A DNA stretch of 28,845 nt from a virus, in UHGV virus genome UHGV-0374663; one strand, given 5' to 3'. Position 1 is the stretch's first letter. Each line of letters begins with the position of its first letter. Below are positions 17,946 to 24,448 of the stretch, one piece after another. The notes below the pieces were generated by a model. The model was not told the origin of the DNA, made no database searches, and saw only the letters and a list, made by a program, of their open reading frames with translations. A program made the position numbers and the translations under genes.

Positions 17946-18289
17946 CTGCGCGTTATCTCGGAATGAATCGCAGTGATGGCCTGACTGTCACTGACCTTGA
18001 GCATATCAGCCAGAGTATCGGCGATATCCTGCGCACACCGGTCGGCTCACGGGTGATGCGTCGTGATTACGGCTCGTTGCTGGCATCAATGATTGACCAG
18101 CCGCAGACCCCGGCGCTTGAGTTGCAGATTAAGGTCGCCTGTTACATGGCGGTGCTGAAATGGGAACCCCGCGTCACCCTGTCATCTGTCACCACGGCGC
18201 GCAGCTTTGACGGGCGAATGACGGTCACGTTAACCGGCCAGCACAACGACACCGGCCAGTCACTTTCGTTAACCATCCCTGTGAGTTGA
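17942..18289 (+). CDS. W: Baseplate wedge protein (gp25-like)
   Basis: 115 aa, the P2 gpW length. Confidence 0.9.
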   Translation: MTARYLGMNRSDGLTVTDLEHISQSIGDILRTPVGSRVMRRDYGSLLASMIDQPQTPALELQIKVACYMAVLKWEPRVTLSSVTTARSFDGRMTVTLTGQHNDTGQSLSLTIPVS

Positions 18290-18293
18290 AACC

Positions 18294-19202
18294 ATGCCGA
18301 TTATCGACCTGAACCAGCTACCCGCACCGGATGTGGTCGAAGAGCTGGACTTTGAAACCATTCTTGCCGAACGCAAGGCGACACTGATTTCCCTTTACCC
18401 GGAAGACCAGCAGGAGGCGGTCGCCCGTACCCTGACGCTGGAATCCGAGCCTCTCGTCAAACTGCTGGAGGAAAATGCTTATCGTGAGCTTATCTGGCGT
18501 CAGCGTGTGAATGAGGCCGCACGGGCGGTGATGCTGGCCTGTGCTGCCGGTAATGACCTTGATGTGATTGGTGCCAATTACAACACCACGCGCCTGACTA
18601 TCACCCCGGCAGATGATTCGACCATCCCGCCGACACCGGCAGTGATGGAGTCTGACACCGATTATCGTCTGCGTATTCAGCAGGCGTTTGAAGGTTTAAG
18701 CGTCGCCGGGTCGGTGGGTGCCTATCAGTATCATGGTCGAAGTGCTGACGGGCGTGTCGCGGATATCTCTGTCACCAGTCCGTCTCCGGCCTGCGTCACC
18801 ATCTCCGTGCTGTCACGTGAAAATAACGGTGTCGCATCCGAAGACCTGCTGGCCGTGGTGCGTAACGCCCTTAATGGCGAGGACGTCAGGCCGGTGGCCG
18901 ACCGCGTGACCGTGCAGTCTGCCGCCATCGTTGAATACCAGATAAACGCCACGCTGTATCTTTACCCTGGTCCCGAAAGCGAACCCATTCGCGCTGCCGC
19001 CGTGAAAAAACTGGAAGCGTATATCACGGCACAGCACCGGCTGGGGCGCGACATCCGTCTGTCTGCCATTTATGCCGCTTTGCATGTGGAAGGCGTGCAG
19101 CGTGTCGAGCTGGCCGCACCGCTGGCCGACATCGTGCTCAACAATACGCAGGCGTCTTTCTGTACTGAATACAGCGTCGTGACGGGAGGCTCGGATGAGT
19201 GA
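18294..19202 (+). CDS. J: Baseplate protein J
   Basis: 302 aa, the P2 gpJ length. Confidence 0.9.
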   Translation: MPIIDLNQLPAPDVVEELDFETILAERKATLISLYPEDQQEAVARTLTLESEPLVKLLEENAYRELIWRQRVNEAARAVMLACAAGNDLDVIGANYNTTRLTITPADDSTIPPTPAVMESDTDYRLRIQQAFEGLSVAGSVGAYQYHGRSADGRVADISVTSPSPACVTISVLSRENNGVASEDLLAVVRNALNGEDVRPVADRVTVQSAAIVEYQINATLYLYPGPESEPIRAAAVKKLEAYITAQHRLGRDIRLSAIYAALHVEGVQRVELAAPLADIVLNNTQASFCTEYSVVTGGSDE

Positions 19203-19806
19203 TTCGCGACTGCTGCCAACCGGCTCATCACCGCTTGAAGTTGCCGCCGCAAAAGCCTGTGCGGAAATTGAAAAAACACCGGTCAGTATTCGTGAGCTGT
19301 GGAACCCGGACACCTGCCCGGCAAATCTGCTGCCGTGGCTGGCGTGGTCATTTTCGGTTGACCGCTGGGATGATAAGTGGCCGGAAGCGACAAAACGCGC
19401 TGTTATCCGCGATGCGTATTTCATTCACTGCCATAAGGGCACTATTGGTGCGATTCGCCGTGTGGTGGAGCCGCTCGGCTATCTGATTGAGGTGAGGGAG
19501 TGGTGGCAGCTCAACGAGGAGCCGGGGACGTTCCGCATCGTTGTTGGCGTGCTTGAGCAGGGTATTACCGAGGAAATGTATCAGGAGCTGGAGCGCCTCG
19601 TTGCTGATGCAAAACCGGCAAGCCGCCATCTGACGGGACTGGCTATCAGTTTAAGTACAACCGGCAACATTTTTGCCGGTGCGGGATGCTATCACGGTGA
19701 CGCCCTGACGGTTTATCCCTACACACCGGAGGCCATTATTGTCGGAGGGGATTATTTCCCGGCCTCGGCCATTCATTTAATTGATAACCTGAGAGTAAAC
19801 GCATGA
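19195..19806 (+). CDS. I: Baseplate protein I
   Basis: 203-aa ORF with GGAGG upstream, between J and H. The start is less certain; my recollection of P2 gpI is shorter. Confidence 0.8.
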   Translation: MSDSRLLPTGSSPLEVAAAKACAEIEKTPVSIRELWNPDTCPANLLPWLAWSFSVDRWDDKWPEATKRAVIRDAYFIHCHKGTIGAIRRVVEPLGYLIEVREWWQLNEEPGTFRIVVGVLEQGITEEMYQELERLVADAKPASRHLTGLAISLSTTGNIFAGAGCYHGDALTVYPYTPEAIIVGGDYFPASAIHLIDNLRVNA

Positions 19807-20486
19807 CAGTGAAATACTACGCCATTCTGACTAATCAGGGCGCAGCACGGCTGGCTAACGCGACGATGCTCGGCAGTAAGCTGAATCTGACGCAAATGGC
19901 CGTTGGTGATGCGAATGGTGTCTTACCGACACCAGACCCGGCACAGACAAAACTGATTAACCAGAAACGCATCGCGCCGCTGAATCTTCTGAGTGTTGAC
20001 CCGAACAATCAGAGCCAGATTATTGCGGAGCAAATCATCCCTGAAAACGAGGGCGGATTCTGGATCCGTGAGATTGGACTTTATGATGATGAAGGCGTAC
20101 TCATTGCGGTGGCGAACTGCCCGGAAACGTACAAACCGCAGTTGCAGGAAGGCAGTGGTCGTACCCAGACTATCCGCATGATTCTGGTTGTCACGAACAC
20201 CGAAGCCATCACGCTGAAAATCGACCCGGCTGTGGTACTGGCAACACGTAAATATGTGGATGACAAAATTTCTGAGCACGAACAGTCACGACGCCACCCG
20301 GACGCCTCGCTGACCGCAAAAGGTTTTACTCAGTTAAGCAGTGCAACTAACAGTACATCTGAAACACTGGCCGCAACACCGAAAGCGGTAAAGGCTGCAT
20401 ATGACCTGGCTAACGGGAAATATACCGCTCAGGATGCGACTACGGCACGAAAAGGCCTTGTTAAACTCAGTAGCGCCACAAAGTGA
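19803..20486 (+). CDS. H: Tail fibre protein H, N-terminal part only (227 codons, premature stop inside the collar-repeat region)
   Basis: Ends with P2-H-type repeats (SSATNSTSETLAATPKAVKAAYDLANGKYTAQDATTARKGLVKLSSAT) then a stop; P2 H is about 669 aa. Confidence 0.75.
   Translation: MTVKYYAILTNQGAARLANATMLGSKLNLTQMAVGDANGVLPTPDPAQTKLINQKRIAPLNLLSVDPNNQSQIIAEQIIPENEGGFWIREIGLYDDEGVLIAVANCPETYKPQLQEGSGRTQTIRMILVVTNTEAITLKIDPAVVLATRKYVDDKISEHEQSRRHPDASLTAKGFTQLSSATNSTSETLAATPKAVKAAYDLANGKYTAQDATTARKGLVKLSSATK
20397..20482. repeat. Left arm of a perfect 86-bp inverted repeat within the H collar-repeat coding sequence
   Basis: 20397..20482 is the exact reverse complement of 20708..20793, checked base by base. 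Confidence 0.85.
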
Positions 20487-20862
20487 GTATGGCGTTTGCC
20501 GGTTGTCTTCCATTAGCCAGGTCGTATGCAGCCTTTACCGCTTTTGGCGTTGCAGCCAGTGTTTCAGATGTGCTGTTGGTTGCACTACTGAGCTGAACAA
20601 GCCCTTTTTGCGTCGTGGTGGCGTTCTGGGCGGTATATTTCCCGTTAGCCAGGTCATACGCCGCCTTGACCGCTTTTGGCGTTGCAGCCAGTGTTTCAGA
20701 CGTGCTGTTTGTGGCGCTACTGAGTTTAACAAGGCCTTTTCGTGCCGTAGTCGCATCCTGAGCGGTATATTTCCCGTTAGCCAGGTCATATGCGGCCGTA
20801 GATCGTGCCGCGTTAACTGCACTGACAAGTGTTGGTCGTGCAATTCTTAGTAAGCCCAGCAC
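20467..20862 (-). pseudogene. Inverted fragment encoding H-type collar repeats on the opposite strand
   Basis: Minus-strand ORF (GTG start) translating to two or three copies of ...NSTSETLAATPKAVKAAYDLANGKYTAQ...; it is the mirror of the end of the H N-terminal ORF and is unlikely to be an independent gene. Confidence 0.4.
20708..20793. repeat. Right arm of the perfect 86-bp inverted repeat
   Basis: Reverse complement of 20397..20482. Confidence 0.85.
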
Positions 20863-20870
20863 ACAGGGAG

Positions 20871-20896
20871 TTCTTGATTATCTTGGTTTGGGAGAA
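20871..20896 (+). other. DNA-invertase crossover-like 26-bp sequence (hix/gix/cix-like) inside the tail-fibre reading frame
   Basis: TTCTTGATTATC-TT-GGTTTGGGAGAA matches hixL (TTCTTGAAAACC-AA-GGTTTTTGATAA, from memory) at 18 of 24 half-site positions; it encodes LDYLGLGEG in frame. Confidence 0.4.
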
Positions 20897-21364
20897 GGCT
20901 CTGCATTGCCTGTTGGTGTACCTGTTCCGTGGCCCTCCGCAACCCCGCCAACGGGCTGGCTGAAATGCAACGGCGCTGCCTTTGATAAGGTGAAATATCC
21001 CCATCTTGCTACAGCATATCCATCAGGGAAACTACCTGATCTCCGTGGTGAGTTTATTCGTGGATGGGATGACAGGCGTGGTATTGATGCAGGACGTGCT
21101 TTATTGAGCATTCAGACTGGGATGCTGGAAAAACACCGCCATATTGTTGTTGCCAACGATGGGTATGATTCAAAAGAGGAATGGGAACTGGCGACAATCT
21201 TCAGAAGAGCATATACGCAAGGCCGGGGGCTTGATGCTGCCGATGCCGGAGGAACTCTGATTCCATCACCAACGCTACATACACGAGGGAGTATTGGTAA
21301 CACAGGTGGGAGCGAAACCCGTCCACGAAATATTGCATTTAACTATATCGTGAGAGCTGCATAA
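20888..21364 (+). CDS. Tail fibre C-terminal receptor-binding tip (Mu S / P1 S / lambda Stf-like), lacking a canonical ATG
   Basis: Ends ...TRPRNIAFNYIVRAA, typical of Mu/P1/Stf-type fibre tips. The frame is open from 20762 but the only start-like codon is TTG at 20888; it looks like the detached distal part of H. Confidence 0.7.
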   Translation: MGEGSALPVGVPVPWPSATPPTGWLKCNGAAFDKVKYPHLATAYPSGKLPDLRGEFIRGWDDRRGIDAGRALLSIQTGMLEKHRHIVVANDGYDSKEEWELATIFRRAYTQGRGLDAADAGGTLIPSPTLHTRGSIGNTGGSETRPRNIAFNYIVRAA

Positions 21365-21966
21365 TGGATAAAGCCGTATTAAATAGCGAACTTATTGCCA
21401 CGAAGGCGGGGAATATTACCGTCTATAACTATGATGGTGAAACACGGGAATATATTTCCACTTCAAATGAATATCTTGCCGTTGGTGTCGGTATCCCGGC
21501 ATATTCCTGTTTAGATGCTCCTGGCACATATAAGGCGGGTTATGCTATCTGCCGTTCTATGGATTTAAAATCATGGGAATATGTGTCAGACCATCGTGGT
21601 GAAATTGTCTATAGCACCGAAACAGGTGAATCAAAAGAAATCAAAACTCCGGGTGATTACCCTGAAAATGCAACCACTATCGCCCCGTCAACGCCATACG
21701 ATAAATGGGATGGTGAGAAATGGGTGACGGATACCGAGGCACAGCATAGCGCCGCAGTAGATGCAGCAGAAGCACAGCGCCAGTCACTGATTGATGCAGC
21801 AATGGCTTCCATTAGTCTGATTCAGCTGAAATTACAGGCCGGGCGGAAACTGACGCAGGCAGAAACAACCCGGCTTAACGCTGTGCTGGATTACATTGAC
21901 GCGGTGACGGCAACAGATACCAGCACCGCGCCTGATGTTATCTGGCCTGAACTGCCGGAGGCGTAG
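21364..21966 (+). CDS. G: Tail fibre assembly protein (Tfa/U-like)
   Basis: 200 aa immediately after the fibre tip; C-terminal ...DVIWPELPEA is typical of Tfa chaperones. Confidence 0.85.
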   Translation: MDKAVLNSELIATKAGNITVYNYDGETREYISTSNEYLAVGVGIPAYSCLDAPGTYKAGYAICRSMDLKSWEYVSDHRGEIVYSTETGESKEIKTPGDYPENATTIAPSTPYDKWDGEKWVTDTEAQHSAAVDAAEAQRQSLIDAAMASISLIQLKLQAGRKLTQAETTRLNAVLDYIDAVTATDTSTAPDVIWPELPEA

Positions 21967-21976
21967 GCCATTCAAT

Positions 21977-22019
21977 ATCTGGAGCACTGGAAATTTCGAC
22001 AAGTTCCAGTGCTCCAGAT
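21977..22019. repeat. Perfect 16-bp stem hairpin (ATCTGGAGCACTGGAA / TTCCAGTGCTCCAGAT) just downstream of tfa
   Basis: Inverted repeat with an 11-nt loop and no U-tract; possible terminator or RNA processing/regulatory structure. Confidence 0.4.
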
Positions 22020-22150
22020 AATCGACTGTGTGGGAACAGGCAGGACGATTGCTGGCTGCGAGGGAATCACGTCAACGTGTGGCGCTGATTTTTGATATTG
22101 ACCTGTCCACGCTCTATAAAAAATTCGCCTCATCAGCGACAAAGAATAAA

Positions 22151-22158
22151 TTGTGCCA
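22151..22158 (+). promoter_or_regulatory. TTGTGCCA element upstream of FI (putative Ogr-dependent late promoter PF)
   Basis: Same 8-mer as upstream of V; 92 nt upstream of the FI ATG. Confidence 0.3.
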
Positions 22159-22242
22159 CCCATCAGCCAACCGGGACAAATAGCCTGACATCTCCGGCAC
22201 ACATGAAAATACCACTCACCCATTAACCACGGAGTTAAACGG

Positions 22243-23433
22243 ATGAGTGACTATCATCACGGCGTGCAGGTGTTGGAGATTAACGACGGCACCCGCGTCA
22301 TTTCCACCGTATCCACTGCCATTGTCGGCATGGTCTGCACGGCCAGCGATGCGGATGCGGAAACCTTCCCCCTCAATAAACCTGTGCTGATTACCAATGT
22401 GCAGAGCGCAATTGCAAAGGCCGGTAAAAAAGGCACGCTGGCGGCATCGTTGCAGGCCATCGCTGACCAGTCAAAACCGGTCACCGTTGTCGTGCGTGTG
22501 GAAGACGGCACCGGCGAAGACGAGGAAACGAAACTTGCGCAGACCGTTTCCAATATCATCGGCACCACCGACGAAAACGGCCAGTACACCGGACTGAAAG
22601 CCCTGCTGGCGGCGGAGTCGGTAACCGGTGTTAAACCGCGTATTCTTGGTGTGCCGGGGCTGGATACCAAAGAGGTGGCTGTTGCACTGGCATCAGTCTG
22701 TCAGAAGCTGCGCGCTTTCGGATATATCAGCGCATGGGGCTGTAAGACCATTTCCGAGGTGAAAGCCTACCGCCAGAATTTCAGCCAGCGTGAACTGATG
22801 GTTATCTGGCCGGATTTCCTCGCATGGGATACGGTCACCAGTACCACCGCCACCGCGTATGCCACCGCCCGTGCGCTGGGTCTGCGCGCTAAAATCGACC
22901 AGGAGCAGGGCTGGCATAAAACGCTGTCCAACGTCGGGGTAAACGGTGTTACCGGCATCAGCGCATCTGTATTCTGGGATTTGCAGGAGTCCGGCACCGA
23001 TGCTGACCTGCTTAACGAGTCAGGCGTCACTACGCTGATTCGCCGCGACGGTTTCCGATTCTGGGGTAACCGTACCTGCTCTGATGACCCGCTGTTCCTC
23101 TTTGAAAACTACACCCGCACCGCGCAGGTGCTGGCCGATACGATGGCTGAGGCGCACATGTGGGCGGTGGACAAGCCCATCACCGCAACGCTGATTCGCG
23201 ACATCGTTGACGGCATCAATGCCAAATTCCGAGAGCTGAAAACAAACGGCTATATCGTGGATGCGACCTGCTGGTTCAGCGAAGAATCCAACGATGCGGA
23301 AACCCTCAAGGCCGGAAAACTGTATATCGACTACGACTATACACCGGTGCCTCCTCTTGAAAATCTGACCCTGCGCCAGCGTATTACCGATAAATACCTG
23401 GCAAATCTGGTCACCTCGGTTAACAGCAATTAA
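22243..23433 (+). CDS. FI: Tail sheath protein
   Basis: 396 aa, the P2 gpFI length; ACGGAG Shine-Dalgarno upstream. Confidence 0.95.
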   Translation: MSDYHHGVQVLEINDGTRVISTVSTAIVGMVCTASDADAETFPLNKPVLITNVQSAIAKAGKKGTLAASLQAIADQSKPVTVVVRVEDGTGEDEETKLAQTVSNIIGTTDENGQYTGLKALLAAESVTGVKPRILGVPGLDTKEVAVALASVCQKLRAFGYISAWGCKTISEVKAYRQNFSQRELMVIWPDFLAWDTVTSTTATAYATARALGLRAKIDQEQGWHKTLSNVGVNGVTGISASVFWDLQESGTDADLLNESGVTTLIRRDGFRFWGNRTCSDDPLFLFENYTRTAQVLADTMAEAHMWAVDKPITATLIRDIVDGINAKFRELKTNGYIVDATCWFSEESNDAETLKAGKLYIDYDYTPVPPLENLTLRQRITDKYLANLVTSVNSN

Positions 23434-23445
23434 GGAGCCTGACCG

Positions 23446-23964
23446 ATGGCAATGCCGCGCAAACTCAAGTTAATGAACGTCTTTCTGAACGGCTACAGCT
23501 ATCAGGGCGTCGCGAAGTCCGTCACGCTACCAAAACTGACCCGTAAGCTCGAAAACTATCGCGGTGCGGGGATGAACGGCAGCGCACCGGTAGACCTCGG
23601 CCTTGATGACGATGCGCTGTCAATGGAGTGGTCGCTCGGTGGCTTCCCGGATTCGGTTATCTGGGAGCTTTACGCCGCAACCGGTGTGGATGCCGTACCG
23701 ATTCGTTTTGCAGGCTCTTACCAGCGCGACGATACCGGCGAAACGGTGGCCGTCGAGGTGGTCATGCGTGGACGTCAGAAAGAAATCGACACCGGCGAGG
23801 GCAAACAGGGAGAAGACACCGAGTCGAAAATCTCCGTGGTCTGCACCTATTTCCGGCTGACGATGGACGGTAAGGAGCTGGTCGAAATCGACACCATCAA
23901 CATGATTGAGAAGGTGAACGGCGTCGACCGGCTGGAGCAACACCGTCGCAATATCGGCCTGTGA
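23446..23964 (+). CDS. FII: Tail tube protein
   Basis: 172 aa, the P2 gpFII length. Confidence 0.95.
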   Translation: MAMPRKLKLMNVFLNGYSYQGVAKSVTLPKLTRKLENYRGAGMNGSAPVDLGLDDDALSMEWSLGGFPDSVIWELYAATGVDAVPIRFAGSYQRDDTGETVAVEVVMRGRQKEIDTGEGKQGEDTESKISVVCTYFRLTMDGKELVEIDTINMIEKVNGVDRLEQHRRNIGL

Positions 23965-23971
23965 TTTTCAT

Positions 23972-23993
23972 CCGGTCAGCCTGGCTGACCGGT
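23972..23993 (+). terminator. Strong hairpin (CCGGTCAGCC-TG-GGCTGACCGG) between FII and E; possible attenuator or partial terminator
   Basis: Perfect 10-bp GC-rich stem with a 2-nt loop, 8 nt after the FII stop; followed only by TT, so full termination is doubtful. Confidence 0.35.
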
Positions 23994-24020
23994 TAACCCC
24001 GATTCAGAAGTGAGAAAACC

Positions 24021-24296
24021 ATGAACAAAGAAAACGTCATTACCCTGGACAAGCCGGTCAAACGTGGTGAGCAGGTTATCGAACAGGTCACGCTGATGAA
24101 ACCTAATGCCGGGACGCTGCGCGGTGTCAGTCTGGCTGCGGTCGCAAACTCCGAAGTCGATGCACTGATTAAAGTGCTGCCGCGTATGACCGCACCGATG
24201 CTGACCGAGCAGGAAGTCGCCGCGCTGGAACTGCCTGACCTTGTGGCGCTGGCCGGTAAGGTGGTCGGTTTTTTGTCGCCGAACTCGGTGCAGTGA
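24021..24296 (+). CDS. E: Tail assembly chaperone E
   Basis: 91 aa, the P2 gpE length. Confidence 0.85.
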   Translation: MNKENVITLDKPVKRGEQVIEQVTLMKPNAGTLRGVSLAAVANSEVDALIKVLPRMTAPMLTEQEVAALELPDLVALAGKVVGFLSPNSVQ

Positions 24297-24448
24297 CGTT
24301 TCCGAAAAATCTCTCGGTCGATGACCTGATGGCGGATGTGGCAGTGATATTTCACTGGCCGCCATCAGAACTGTATCCCATGAGCCTGACCGAACTCATC
24401 ACATGGCGCGAAAAGGCGCTCCGGCGAAGCGGAAACACGAATGAGTAA
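24021..24448 (+). CDS. E': E+E' tail assembly chaperone made by programmed -1 frameshift at TTTTTTG (24269..24275)
   Basis: Slippery T6G run near the end of E; the -1 frame stays open to TAA at 24446..24448, overlapping the T start. Total about 142 aa, matching the P2 E+E' product. Confidence 0.7.

Noticed and set aside
22073-22098. Possible second invertase site (GATTTTTGATAT resembles the hix right half-site at 10/12)
   Set aside because: Only one half-site matches; the other half (CAACGTGTGGCG) shows no similarity, and a 10/12 match to a 12-mer is expected by chance once or twice in a window of this size.
21972-22223. 83-aa minus-strand ORF in the G-FI intergenic region
   Set aside because: No Shine-Dalgarno sequence; it overlaps the perfect hairpin and the FI ribosome-binding site and is oriented against the late operon. 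Most likely a chance ORF, although this is the P2 Z/fun moron position, so confidence in the rejection is moderate.
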